A DNA stretch of 64,000 nucleotides, taken from positions 2,345 to 66,344 of the forward strand of contig JACPHY010000016.1 in NCBI GenBank assembly GCA_016188355.1, in the 5' to 3' direction. The translations under genes and the position numbers were made by a program. Below are positions 1 to 9,254 of this stretch, one piece after another (the stretch's first letter is position 1; each line of letters opens with the position of its first letter). Below the pieces are notes generated by a model. The model was not told the DNA's origin and did not search any database. It was given only the letters and a program-made list of their open reading frames with translations. The DNA comes from Candidatus Uhrbacteria bacterium (GTDB taxonomy: Bacteria > Patescibacteriota > Patescibacteriia > JACPHY01).

Positions 1-774
1 TGTGGAGAGAATGAAGAACTCATCGCGACGGAGTATAACGTGCCCATTCTTGGGGCGGGGAATCGGCTCAAAGAAGTCGAGGGGATCGTGATCCGTCGAT
101 CGGAAATCAAGGACGGTGCCGCCATGAGGACGGCACTTGTATCCGACGATCGGTTGTTCGAGATCGACCGTGAGCGTGACGCCACCACGGTCATCAAGTT
201 CGACGTGCTCGCGGGCGATGTGGATGCCGTTCTCCGTGTGGAGGAGCGCATCGTACGCATAGAGCGCCTCGAGTTCCGTTCGGCTGAGCGTGCTCTCCGC
301 ATTGAAGAATCGGATTTGATTCAAGGCGTCGCCCGCCGAGAGCTTCACCGAGAATGAACGCGGAATCACGAGGAGCCAAAGACTGCCATGGTACCCACGG
401 GGGAGCGCATCAAAACGAGGCACGCCATCCGCGAGTACGCGCGCCTGGAGGTTCACGCGTCCGGTGGAAGATTTGTTATTCGTGCGCGCGTAGACGGTGG
501 GACGCAACGCGAGCGTCTCGCGCAAGCGGATGAGGTAGATGCCTTGGCACTCGAGCGGCTTGCCGAGATCCCAGGGGAAAAGTGATCCCTCCTGGAGGAG
601 GTCGCTGATGGATTCCCCGGCACGCGGGAGAAAGACCCCCTTCATTTTGTAGATTTCATCGGAGATGGTGAGATCGAGCGATGAGGGCTGCGTGCGCGCC
701 AAATCCCCGCCGACGATTTCTCCGTCCGCGATCATGCGCTCGATGCACTGACTGGGAAATGCGCCGAGAGCCAC
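1..774 (-). CDS. dcd: dCTP deaminase, DCD (PF06559-type) family; 3' end runs off the window
   Basis: Not in the ORF track because it has no stop in the window. Manual translation from GTG at 774: MALGAFPSQCIERMIADGEIVGGDLARTQPSSLDLTISDEIYKMKGVFLP...TNNKSSTGRVNLQARVLADG...GDALNQIRFF...DFFEPI...EFFILST. The QPxSLDL, KSSTGR and LNQIRF motifs match the DCD family. Confidence 0.85.
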   Translation of the reverse strand, partial: MALGAFPSQCIERMIADGEIVGGDLARTQPSSLDLTISDEIYKMKGVFLPRAGESISDLLQEGSLFPWDLGKPLECQGIYLIRLRETLALRPTVYARTNNKSSTGRVNLQARVLADGVPRFDALPRGYHGSLWLLVIPRSFSVKLSAGDALNQIRFFNAESTLSRTELEALYAYDALLHTENGIHIAREHVELDDRGGVTLTVDLEQPIVGYKCRPHGGTVLDFRSTDHDPLDFFEPIPRPKNGHVILRRDEFFILST

Positions 775-858
775 AAGTCATTGTGGGCAAACCTTCCGGT
801 TTTCCCACAGACCCTTTCCCTCCAGCCGGTCAGCACACCGATTCGGTCGCTTGCTTCC

Positions 859-902
859 GGGCGAGCGAGGGCCGGGCAAAGCCCTTCCCCCCTCGTTCGT
901 CC
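859..902. repeat. REP-like nested hairpin with core GCCGGGCAAAGCCCTTC
   Basis: Outer stem gggcgagcgaggg/ccctcgttcgtcc encloses gggc-aaa-gccc. The same 17-nt core recurs at 33241 and 33340. Confidence 0.55.
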
Positions 903-945
903 TCAGCTTCGCTCTGATCAGTTTGGAGGAGTGTCTGTGGATGAA

Positions 946-1626
946 TTAGAGCTGCACTTTCACGCTCGGACCCATGGTGGTGGTGAGGAAGGCGGACTGG
1001 ATGTACGTACCCTTGGCGGATGGGGGTTTGGCACGGCGGATCGCGTCAAGGAATGTGGTGGCGTTCTCGAGAATTTTTTCCGCTCCCCATGATGCCTTTC
1101 CAATAATTTGATGGACATTCGAAGTGGCATCATTCTTGAAGGCGACGCGACCGCCTTTGAGTTCACGAATCGCCTCTGCGATTTTTGGGGTGACGGTGTC
1201 ATTTTTTGGTGAGGGCATGAGACCGCGCGGACCCAAGATTTTTGCGATGGTCGCCAGGTCCTTCATGAGGTCCGGTGTGGCCACCGCAACATCGAATTCG
1301 ATGTGTTCCGTGGTGCGAATCTGATCGATGAGCTCCTTTCCGCCCACGAGATCTGCTCCAGCGGCGCGTGCGTCTGCCTCACGATCGGCGGGCACGAATG
1401 CGACGACGCGCTTCGATTTCCCGGTGCCGTGGGGGAGCGAGACGGTGCCGCGGACCTGCTGCTCTCCCTTTTTGGGGTCGATGCCCAGGCGCACGTGTAC
1501 TTCTACGGATGCATCAAACCGTGCTGGGGAGGTCGTCACGACGAGTGCCGCGGCGTCTGCGAGTGCGTAGGATTTCTTGGAATCGACGAGTGCTGCGCGT
1601 TTCTGATATCGCTTACCGTGTGCCAT
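946..1626 (-). CDS. rplA: 50S ribosomal protein L1
   Basis: FDASVEVHVRLGIDPKK, RGTVSLPHGTGK, ILGPRGLMPSPK, TTTMGPSVKV. Confidence 0.98.
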   Translation of the reverse strand: MAHGKRYQKRAALVDSKKSYALADAAALVVTTSPARFDASVEVHVRLGIDPKKGEQQVRGTVSLPHGTGKSKRVVAFVPADREADARAAGADLVGGKELIDQIRTTEHIEFDVAVATPDLMKDLATIAKILGPRGLMPSPKNDTVTPKIAEAIRELKGGRVAFKNDATSNVHQIIGKASWGAEKILENATTFLDAIRRAKPPSAKGTYIQSAFLTTTMGPSVKVQL

Positions 1627-1634
1627 ATGGGTAT

Positions 1635-1678
1635 GTGGTGCGAGCGTGTCGGAACAGAAACGTTCCGGGCACTCCCAC
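1635..1678 (-). promoter_or_regulatory. Putative L1-binding autoregulatory leader
   Basis: The minus strand reads GTGGGAGtg...hairpin...cacGCTCGCACCAC, 8 nt upstream of the rplA ATG. This is the GUGG-GAG...A-CCAC architecture of known L1 mRNA sites. Confidence 0.65.
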
Positions 1679-1698
1679 GCGAGAGAAAATGAGAAAAA

Positions 1699-1989
1699 TT
1701 ATTTCGTGTGCTGCTCCCTGCTGCACGATTTCCGGCAGCACCACGTTCTTCCGGGGAGGACGAGAAGCGGAATACCGAGGATGAGGAATGTGGCGGCGCT
1801 GATCCATTGGCGTGCCGCGTAGGGGCCACTCGAGCTTCCGCCGTAATATCGGGCTGCCTCCGGAGCGAACAGGGTGAGCAGCTGCGTGATGCCGGCGTAT
1901 GCCCCAATGAGGATAAGGATGATCCCGGTGATCCGGAGGAGATACTGGTACACGGATCGAATGATGTCCATTTTTTCCGAGTGCTCCAT
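1699..1989 (-). CDS. Small two-TM hypothetical membrane protein between rplK and rplA
   Basis: Two hydrophobic segments; starts 5 nt after the rplK stop on the same strand; CTATG start context like neighbouring core genes. Confidence 0.6.
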   Translation of the reverse strand: MEHSEKMDIIRSVYQYLLRITGIILILIGAYAGITQLLTLFAPEAARYYGGSSSGPYAARQWISAATFLILGIPLLVLPGRTWCCRKSCSREQHTK

Positions 1990-1993
1990 AGGG

Positions 1994-2419
1994 CTACTCC
2001 TCGGTCGTCACGCCCATCTGCCGCGCCGTGCCGGCGATGATCTTCATGGCGCGTTCGACGTTGGTGGTGTTGAGGTCGGGGATTTTTTTCTCTGCTACCG
2101 CGCGGAGCTGCTCCTTGGTGAGCTTACCAACCTTCTCCTGCCTCGGTTTTCCGGATCCCTTAGGAATGCCTGCGGCTTTTTTGATGAGCTCCGATGCGGG
2201 TGGCGTCTTCAGGATGAACGTGAACGATCGGTCCTCGTAGACCGTGATGATCGTCGGAACGATTTCGTCCACGCGTCCGGCCGTCTTCGCGTTGAATTGA
2301 CTGCAGAATTCCTGAATGGGCACGCCATGCTGACCGAGCGCCGGACCAATCGGCGGTGCGGGATTCGCTTTTCCTGCAGGAATCTGGAGCTTAATGAGGA
2401 CTTTAATCTTTTTTGCCAT
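1994..2419 (-). CDS. rplK: 50S ribosomal protein L11
   Basis: [50 protein letters not shown]. Confidence 0.98.
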   Translation of the reverse strand: MAKKIKVLIKLQIPAGKANPAPPIGPALGQHGVPIQEFCSQFNAKTAGRVDEIVPTIITVYEDRSFTFILKTPPASELIKKAAGIPKGSGKPRQEKVGKLTKEQLRAVAEKKIPDLNTTNVERAMKIIAGTARQMGVTTEE

Positions 2420-2422
2420 ACA

Positions 2423-2968
2423 TCAAATTTTCTTCACTTGGAGGAAGTCGAGTTCCACGGGCGTTTCGCGGCCGAACATGGAGACGAGCACCTTCACCTT
2501 ACCGCGCGCATCATCCACCTCCGCGACCTTGCCCTCAAAGTCCTTGAACGGACCATCGGTGATCCGTACGGGCATGTCCGCCACCACGTCAATTTTATAC
2601 TTCGGCTCATCGACACCCATGCGTTTCATGAGTGCGTCAATTTCCTCCTGGGCAATCGGCGTCGGAGTCGTGCCGCTCCCAATGAACCCGGTGACGTTTG
2701 GTGTGTTGCGGACCACGTACCAGGAATCGTCCGTGACGGTCATTTCCACGAGCACGTATCCAGGGAAAATCTTTTCCTCGACGACGCGTCGTTTCCCGTT
2801 TTTAATTTTGATTTTCTTTTCTTTGGGAATGAGGATGTTGAAAATCTTGTCTTCCATCCCCATGGAGTCGATACGTTGCTGGAGATTGCGCGCCACGTTC
2901 TCCTCGTATCCGGAGTACGTGTGAATGGCATACCAGCGGCGACCAACGGTCGTGGCTTGGCGTGGCAT
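2423..2968 (-). CDS. nusG: Transcription termination/antitermination factor NusG
   Basis: WYAIHTYSGYE, FPGYVLVEM, VRNTPNVTGF, KOW GPFKDFEG, MFGRETPVEL; start trimmed to ATG at 2968. Confidence 0.97.
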   Translation of the reverse strand: MPRQATTVGRRWYAIHTYSGYEENVARNLQQRIDSMGMEDKIFNILIPKEKKIKIKNGKRRVVEEKIFPGYVLVEMTVTDDSWYVVRNTPNVTGFIGSGTTPTPIAQEEIDALMKRMGVDEPKYKIDVVADMPVRITDGPFKDFEGKVAEVDDARGKVKVLVSMFGRETPVELDFLQVKKI

Positions 2969-3007
2969 AGAGATGCGAACAAAAAGGACGGCGCGCCAAT
3001 GACGCAC

Positions 3008-3199
3008 TTACGCGCGCAGGCGCAAAAATTGTTCAAATCCAAGGGTGAAGAGGTAATCGATGCCACCAATGAAGATGGCGATGGCGGCGCTCACCCCAAA
3101 GACGAGGAGCGTGTGCTGGATGATCTGCTCCTTGCTCGGCCAGATCACCTTTTGGAGCTCTTGCCGTGCTTCGCGGACGTATGCAGTGAGCGTCGACAT
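3008..3199 (-). CDS. secE: Preprotein translocase SecE
   Basis: ELQKVIWPS motif plus one TM; secE-nusG-rplK synteny. Confidence 0.95.
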   Translation of the reverse strand: MSTLTAYVREARQELQKVIWPSKEQIIQHTLLVFGVSAAIAIFIGGIDYLFTLGFEQFLRLRA

Positions 3200-3302
3200 A
3201 AAATGCTGGGTTTGAAAACGCCCCGCGGTGCGGGGGTTCTCATGAAAAAAGTATCGCGTCCTTCCTGGGTACTGTCAAGTCTGTATTTTTCTCAGAATAC
3301 AG

Positions 3303-3344
3303 AAAAAATCCATCCCCAGGCCGTCGCCTGGGGATGGAGGATTT
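3303..3344 (-). terminator. Probable intrinsic terminator
   Basis: Stem tccatccccagg/cctggggatgga with an adjacent A-run (U-run on the minus strand). Confidence 0.5.
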
Positions 3345-3740
3345 GGTGTGTGTTGGTGGCTCTCGCGTGATCATCTTTCCGGAGCGAGCGCGTCGACAGC
3401 GCAGGCAATCCCAAGCGCTTGGGAGGGGTTCCGGTAAGAATATCCCGCAACTGAGCGAAAAGTAATTTGTATCCTGACTCGCCGCGTCATTGCGTGGCGG
3501 TCTCTACCTACAAGCATATCAGGCTACACGGTGTCCGTCGTCTGCATATCTGCGGATATGGAGTGGATTGTTTGTAGTTTGGCATTATTGGCAGGGTACG
3601 AAGCGTAGCTCTGGATTCCGGGAATTATTGACAATAGAGATCTTTTCTGTTAGCGTACAGGAAACCGCACCAATGTGCGGATCGATCTTTCCCACACATC
3701 GGTTCGATTTTGACTTGGAAGCTGAGAAAGGAGCTGCCTC

Positions 3741-4481
3741 GTGGGTGAACAGGACACGTCAGAGCGATCGGGATCGAGGTCTGGCATCGGGAAGACGGTA
3801 CTGGGCTGGTTTGTGCAAACCGATCCGAGCGGCCCATCCGATCCGGCAGAAGTCGCGCCAACAGATTCGGGGCAAGCCGCAGATGCAATTCCGGCATCCC
3901 TCCGCAAGGACGTCCAGCCGACGGTGCCCGCGGGCGCTCCCGTGGAGTCTCCTCCCGTACCGTCGACCCCGCCGATCGATGTCGAGGTCAATCTCGATTC
4001 GATCTACGCGGAGCAGGGACTCGCCAGCAATCCTGATGCCGAGCGGATTCTCGGTGCAATCGAAGGCATGCAGGGCATCGATGCGTCCGCACGCCGTGCG
4101 GCAGTGGTCGCCATGGTGCGGGCATTCGCGGTGGATGCGTCGACGCTGCGTGCGACATTGATGGATCGGACATCTGCGCTGGATGCGACCATTACGGACT
4201 GCGAGCGGGTCGCAGAGAGCGGTCGCACGGAGCGTGCGCGCTCCCTCGCGGCGCTCACCGCGTCGACGCAACAGGAAATCGCGGCGCTCCAAGAGGAGAT
4301 TGCACAGAAGGAACGCACGCTCGAGGGGACGCGCACCATGATGCAGCGGACGGAAGCCGCAGAACAAGAGAAACTGGATGGGCTCCGGGCGAAGCTCGGG
4401 GCAGAGCGCGATCGATTGACCGCGCTCATGGAGTATCTCCCCATGACGGGGAGCAGCCCGAAGGAGGGACTGAAGCCATGA
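3741..4481 (+). CDS. Hypothetical protein with disordered N-terminus and C-terminal coiled coil; first gene of the ABC/OmpA operon
   Basis: AAGGAG RBS before GTG; TTGACA-N17-TAGCGT upstream (~3627); stop overlaps the next ATG (ATGA). Confidence 0.75.
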   Translation: MGEQDTSERSGSRSGIGKTVLGWFVQTDPSGPSDPAEVAPTDSGQAADAIPASLRKDVQPTVPAGAPVESPPVPSTPPIDVEVNLDSIYAEQGLASNPDAERILGAIEGMQGIDASARRAAVVAMVRAFAVDASTLRATLMDRTSALDATITDCERVAESGRTERARSLAALTASTQQEIAALQEEIAQKERTLEGTRTMMQRTEAAEQEKLDGLRAKLGAERDRLTALMEYLPMTGSSPKEGLKP

Positions 4482-6313
4482 AGTTGAAGCCACAGGCGTG
4501 GGTCGCGATTGTTGTGATCGCGGGTGCGATCGGGTACTTCAGTATCAAGCAGTTCGCGCCAGATCTCTTCGCGAATCTCGCGGCGGCGGTCGCTCCGGCG
4601 AAACCGGTCGCGGAATCCACGGTGCCACCCGAGGCGAATCTGCCGGAGCTTCCGAAGGATGCGCCGCTCGCTGCGCCGACGCCGGTCGCGGCTGCGCCGA
4701 TGCCGGGTGAGGGTCCGGGGTGCGCGAATCTCGGGGAGGTGCGCGCGCACATCTGGGCCTGGAACGCACAGATGGGTTGGATGTTCGCGAACGGCGGAGT
4801 CCAGTCCACGGCCGGATCGCTCATGTGTCAGCGTGGAGTGAATCTCAAGCTGTTGCGACAGGATGACGTTCCGAAGATGCGCGAAGCGCTCATTGCGTTC
4901 GCGACGGATCTCCAGCGCGGCAATGCGAATCCCACCGCCGGCGTGCACTTCGTGGCCATCATGGGCGATGGCGTTGCGGGGTTCATTCAGCCGCTCAACG
5001 TCGAGCTCGCGAAATTCGGCATGCGCGCGCAGGTCATCGGCTCCGCAGGATGGTCCCGCGGCGAAGACAAGTTCATGGGACTCCCGGAGTGGCGAACGGA
5101 TCCCCAGAAAGCGCGCGGCGCGCTCGTTGCGGGATACGTGGGCGACGGCGACTGGAATATCGCCATCTTCTGGGCCTCTCGGAACGACATCTGCAACAAT
5201 CCCGACTGGACGACGTACGACCCCGAGTGCCTCAATTGGGTGAACGCGGAGAACTACGTCGACGCTGCCCAGAAGTACGTCATGAGCGCGGAGGGGTACT
5301 GCGAGGAGCGGCCGGTCGTTCGGAAGGGAAAGAAGACCGGCGACAAGCAGCGGGTGTGCGTGAATGGTGTGGTGACCTGGACGCCGGGCGACGTCACCGT
5401 CGCCGAGCGGAAGGGCGGTCTTGTCTCCGTGCTTTCGACGAAGGAGAACGCCTCGCAGATGCCGAACACGATTATCGGCGTCGATCGCTGGATGCAAGCG
5501 AATCGATCAACGGTCGAGAGCATGCTCGCGGCCATCTTCGCGGGAAGCGATCAGGTGAAGCAGGCGGACGGCAGGGCGCTCGCGCGAGCCGCGGCCATCA
5601 GTGCGACCGTGTACGGCGAGCAGGACGCGGCGTACTGGGAGAAGTACTTCTACGGTGTGAGTGTGCGCGATGCGAAGGGATTGTCCGTGGAACTCGGTGG
5701 TTCCGCAGTGAACAATCTCGCGGACAACCTGTACCTCTTCGGCATGAACGGGGGGACGAACCTCTTCGAGGCAACGTACCTCACGTTCGGGAACTTCCTC
5801 CAGCACTACCATCCGGACATGCTCCCGAGCGTGCCGCCGGTGCGGGAGATTCTCGATACGAGCTACCTCGCGGCGCTCGCGCAGCGGGAACAGCCGACGA
5901 CCAAAGCGGACACTCCGGTGTTCACGGGCATCCGCCCCGTCACGTCGGAGCAGCTGTCGAGCCAGCAGTGGCGGATCGAATTCGCTTCCGGCAGTGATGC
6001 GATTCTGCCATCGAGTCAGACGCAGCTCGAGCAGCTGCAACGTGAGCTCGCGATCGCCACGAAGACGATGGTCGACCTCGAAGGCCACACGGACACGACG
6101 GGAGATGTGAATGCGAATCAGGATCTCTCCCTGCGCCGTGCGCATGCGATACAGCGGTGGCTCCAGGAACGCGACGGAGTGAATTTCCCGGCAGCGCGAT
6201 TCCGGGTCACGGGCTTCGGAGAATCGCGGCCGATCAAGTTCCCGGAGACGACCGCGGCGGACAAGGCGGTGAATCGGCGCGTGGAGATCATCACGCACCG
6301 CACCGCGAGCTGA
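4478..6313 (+). CDS. ABC substrate-binding protein (NMT1/TauA-like) fused to a C-terminal OmpA-like peptidoglycan-binding domain
   Basis: N-terminal TM anchor; SBP segment (GWSRGEDKFM, VTWTPGD); OmpA_C motifs IEFASGS, LEGHTDTTG, NQDLSLRRA, GFGESRP, NRRVEI. Confidence 0.85.
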   Translation: MKLKPQAWVAIVVIAGAIGYFSIKQFAPDLFANLAAAVAPAKPVAESTVPPEANLPELPKDAPLAAPTPVAAAPMPGEGPGCANLGEVRAHIWAWNAQMGWMFANGGVQSTAGSLMCQRGVNLKLLRQDDVPKMREALIAFATDLQRGNANPTAGVHFVAIMGDGVAGFIQPLNVELAKFGMRAQVIGSAGWSRGEDKFMGLPEWRTDPQKARGALVAGYVGDGDWNIAIFWASRNDICNNPDWTTYDPECLNWVNAENYVDAAQKYVMSAEGYCEERPVVRKGKKTGDKQRVCVNGVVTWTPGDVTVAERKGGLVSVLSTKENASQMPNTIIGVDRWMQANRSTVESMLAAIFAGSDQVKQADGRALARAAAISATVYGEQDAAYWEKYFYGVSVRDAKGLSVELGGSAVNNLADNLYLFGMNGGTNLFEATYLTFGNFLQHYHPDMLPSVPPVREILDTSYLAALAQREQPTTKADTPVFTGIRPVTSEQLSSQQWRIEFASGSDAILPSSQTQLEQLQRELAIATKTMVDLEGHTDTTGDVNANQDLSLRRAHAIQRWLQERDGVNFPAARFRVTGFGESRPIKFPETTAADKAVNRRVEIITHRTAS

Positions 6314-6465
6314 TGGAGAGTTGGTGAACTGCGTGCCCGATCCCGATGCATCGGGGTCGGGCACATTCCTGAAGTGATCATGCGCTCATGGTCCATTCAG
6401 GAATGCCCACGCAAGTGGCGCAGAGTCGTCGATCATTCTCAATGGATGAAAGGGAGGTGTGGACG

Positions 6466-7260
6466 ATGCAGCTACTTCGTGCGGCGTTTTCGCCGAATCG
6501 CACGCTAAGTGCGCGGGTCATGTTCCTGTTCGCCATCGCATGGGCGGTGAGCGGTTGCTTGATTTGGATTGCGTCGCCGTTTGCAGTGCTCCCCGGTCCG
6601 GGAGCGGTGCTGCGTGCATTCGGATACCTCTGGATGCACCAGGGCATGAGCCGTGAGCTTTGGGCGAGTTTCAGTTTGAGCGTGCAGGCGGTAGCGATCG
6701 CGTTCGGGTGTTCGCTCCTCATCGCGTACGCGACGGTGCTTCCCATCTTTCGACCGTTTACGGCGGTCGTCTCGAAGCTGCGGTTTCTGGGGCTCATCGG
6801 CATCTCGTTCGTGTTCATGTTGATCGTGGGCGGCGGACGATGGCTCCAGGTGAGTCTGGTGGCATTCGGGATCACCGTGTTCCTTGGCACGTCACTGATC
6901 ACCATCGTGCAGAGCATTCCGAGTGATCGCTTCGATTACGCGCGGACGCTCCGGATGGGGGAGTGGCGAGTCGTATGGGAGGTGGTGGTCCGCGGAACGC
7001 GCGATCAGGCGCTGAGTGCGCTTCGGGAGAGTGCGGCAATTGGGTGGGTGATGATCACGATGGTCGAAGGGATTGTGCGTTCGGAGGGTGGCATCGGTGT
7101 GCTGCTCCTCAATGAGAACAAGTACAGCCACTTCGATCGCATTTTCGCGATTCAGATTTCGATTTTCCTGGTGGGGATCGCGCAGGACTACGGACTCGGA
7201 TTGCTTCGTCGCTGGCTTTGTCCATACGCGGATCTCACCACGGAAAGGAGAGGCGCATGA
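6466..7260 (+). CDS. ABC transporter permease (TauC/SsuC-like)
   Basis: Multiple TMs; EAA-like loop DYARTLRM; EGIVRSEGGIG; GGGAGG RBS. Confidence 0.85.
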   Translation: MQLLRAAFSPNRTLSARVMFLFAIAWAVSGCLIWIASPFAVLPGPGAVLRAFGYLWMHQGMSRELWASFSLSVQAVAIAFGCSLLIAYATVLPIFRPFTAVVSKLRFLGLIGISFVFMLIVGGGRWLQVSLVAFGITVFLGTSLITIVQSIPSDRFDYARTLRMGEWRVVWEVVVRGTRDQALSALRESAAIGWVMITMVEGIVRSEGGIGVLLLNENKYSHFDRIFAIQISIFLVGIAQDYGLGLLRRWLCPYADLTTERRGA

Positions 7261-8084
7261 TCGCGACCTATCATCCCGCCCCAGTGCTGCGGGTCGAGCA
7301 GGTGTCGTTGACGCTCGGAGGAAATGTGATTCTCCGGGACGTCTCCTGCATGATTCGCGATATCGTCGGGCGCGGGCAGGTGGTGGGACTTCTGGGGCCG
7401 TCGGGGATTGGGAAGACGCAGTTCTTTCGGATTCTCGCCGGACTCCAGCAACCGAATACGGGGCGCGTGCTCCTGAATGCGGCGGGCACCCCGGTGCGCG
7501 TGGGCGAGGTTGGCGTGGTCATGCAGCATTACCCGCTCTTTGCAGATCGGACCGTGCTCCAGAACTGCATGGATGCGGGTCGTCGCGCTGGCATGGATCG
7601 TGCGGCGGCAGCGACGCGCGCGACGGAGCTCCTCACGAAACTCGCGGTCGCGGATCGTGCGGAGTACTACCCCGCGCTGCTCTCCGGTGGACAGCGGCAA
7701 CGGGTGGCGATCGCGCAGCAGCTCATGTGCTCGCAGTACTTCCTGCTCATGGACGAGCCATTTTCTGGATTGGATCCGGAAGCGGTCGACACCGTATGCG
7801 AGCTCATCCATGACATCGCGGGCATGCATGAGCTGAATACGATCGTGGTGGTCACCCATGACATTCGTGCGGCCATGAAGGTTGCGGACGAGCTCTGGCT
7901 CATGGGACTCGATCGCGCCGCCGACGGGGCGTTTGTTCCTGGGGCACGCGTGCAAACCACGTACGATCTTGTGGCGCGAAACCTTGCGTGGGCACCCGAT
8001 GTGAGTCGGCGGCCGGAGTTCGACGCCCTGTACCATGAGGTGCGGGAGCGATTCCGCACGTTGAAACCAAAGCCCATCACGTGA
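7257..8084 (+). CDS. ABC transporter ATP-binding protein
   Basis: Walker A GPSGIGKT, signature LSGGQ, Walker B LLMDEPF, H-loop VTHD. Confidence 0.95.
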   Translation: MIATYHPAPVLRVEQVSLTLGGNVILRDVSCMIRDIVGRGQVVGLLGPSGIGKTQFFRILAGLQQPNTGRVLLNAAGTPVRVGEVGVVMQHYPLFADRTVLQNCMDAGRRAGMDRAAAATRATELLTKLAVADRAEYYPALLSGGQRQRVAIAQQLMCSQYFLLMDEPFSGLDPEAVDTVCELIHDIAGMHELNTIVVVTHDIRAAMKVADELWLMGLDRAADGAFVPGARVQTTYDLVARNLAWAPDVSRRPEFDALYHEVRERFRTLKPKPIT

Positions 8085-8099
8085 AGGAGGTGATGCATC

Positions 8100-9128
8100 A
8101 TGGCGGAACCATCCATCGCAAAGAAGACGGCGATGCGCGCTGCCTTCGCGAATGGAAATGTCGCTGCGGCGATTGCGGCGGGAGTGGCGAGTGTCGCGAC
8201 GGCGAATCCATTGCCGCTCATCCTCTACGGACTGGGATCGGGGTTGTGGGTGCTGCGGTGCACGCAATCACCGACCTATCGGCAACGAGTGTTGATGGAA
8301 GAACGCGTCGCGGCGGCGGCAGCAGCCGCGACGGCACGCAAGGCACATCGCGATCGTATCGCGGCGCAATGTACGGAAGAACCGCTCCGGACGTGGGTGG
8401 GAGGTGCGGATTTTCCGGAGTACCTCACTCGGTATGACGAGCTCGTGGAGGCGCATGATCGGATACTCGCGCTGTTGCGGGAGCGGCATACGGAAGCCGG
8501 AAGTACCGCGGATGATCTTGAGCAGCAGCTGGAAGATCTGCTCAATGCATACCTTCGGCTCGTCGATTCGCGTATCCTTATTGCGCGCGTGCTCACCGGG
8601 GCGTACCGTGCGAAAGCGCCACGGCCACGATCTCGTCGACCGGAGTTCGTTCCCCGTGAGCTCTGGCGAGTACTGGTGGACGAGGGAGAGGTAGATGATG
8701 CGCGAGATGAGTGCGTGGATGATACGGGTCGATCGCCGCGGCATCGTCGGCAACACGTCATCGATTTCGATCGACAGAAGCGGATCAATGAGCTCGATTG
8801 GCAGATTGCAGATCTCCGCGGGCAGATGGAGCAGCAGCCGCGACTTCGGGATGCGCTTGCGCCACTCCTCAAGCTTGCGGAGCAGCAGCGCGCGTCGATG
8901 GCGCAATGCTTGGATCGCGACGAGCGTATCGCGTTACAGCTCGAAACCTATCCACGTATGTTCGATCTCCTGTACACGCGATTGAGTCTCGCGCAGCCGA
9001 CTGCGGGGGATGTGCTGTACACGGAAATCACCGAGTTCGCAGATGGCGTGCAAGCGACGGAGCGTTCCGTCGCGGAAATCCAGCGGCTCGTCGGCGCGTT
9101 TGAGGCGCAGCATGGGCTTACCGCATAG
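8100..9128 (+). CDS. Hypothetical membrane-anchored coiled-coil protein
   Basis: AAGGAGG RBS; N-terminal hydrophobic hairpin then a long helical region; followed by a terminator. Confidence 0.7.
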   Translation: MAEPSIAKKTAMRAAFANGNVAAAIAAGVASVATANPLPLILYGLGSGLWVLRCTQSPTYRQRVLMEERVAAAAAAATARKAHRDRIAAQCTEEPLRTWVGGADFPEYLTRYDELVEAHDRILALLRERHTEAGSTADDLEQQLEDLLNAYLRLVDSRILIARVLTGAYRAKAPRPRSRRPEFVPRELWRVLVDEGEVDDARDECVDDTGRSPRHRRQHVIDFDRQKRINELDWQIADLRGQMEQQPRLRDALAPLLKLAEQQRASMAQCLDRDERIALQLETYPRMFDLLYTRLSLAQPTAGDVLYTEITEFADGVQATERSVAEIQRLVGAFEAQHGLTA

Positions 9129-9142
9129 GTGGTCGGAATATC

Positions 9143-9180
9143 AAGTCCCCAGGTCGCAAGTGCGATCTGGGGACTTTCTT
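9143..9180 (+). terminator. Intrinsic terminator of the ABC/OmpA operon
   Basis: aagtccccaggtcgca-ag-tgcgatctggggactt followed by a T-rich tail. Confidence 0.7.
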
Positions 9181-9200
9181 GTCTGCTTCCGTCTCCCATG

Positions 9201-9234
9201 GGAGATCCTTCGTCGGCGGCCTCCTCAGGATGAC
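9201..9234. repeat. REP-like palindromic element (GTCATCCTGAG...GAAGGATCTCC type on the minus strand)
   Basis: Sequence ggagatccttcg...ctcaggatgac between convergent genes; resembles a widespread short intergenic repeat class. Confidence 0.5.
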
Positions 9235-9254
9235 GAAGCAGGGGTGATGATGGA

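Noticed and set aside
40-585. Plus-strand ORFs 40-357 and 388-585
   Set aside because: Antisense shadows of the minus-strand dCTP deaminase frame.
781-890. Possible c-di-GMP-I (GEMM) riboswitch from GGGCAAACC...GCAAAGCC
   Set aside because: No GNRA-capped P2 stem, the spacing is far too long, it is on the opposite strand to the adjacent genes, and the core recurs as a repeat at 33.2 kb.
1874-3370. 498-aa plus-strand ORF
   Set aside because: Antisense to rplK-nusG-secE; typical high-GC shadow ORF.
3200-3740. tRNA (e.g. tRNA-Trp/Thr) often found upstream of secE
   Set aside because: No cloverleaf or T-loop GTTCRA with acceptor stem could be identified; no tRNA or rRNA was seen anywhere in the window.
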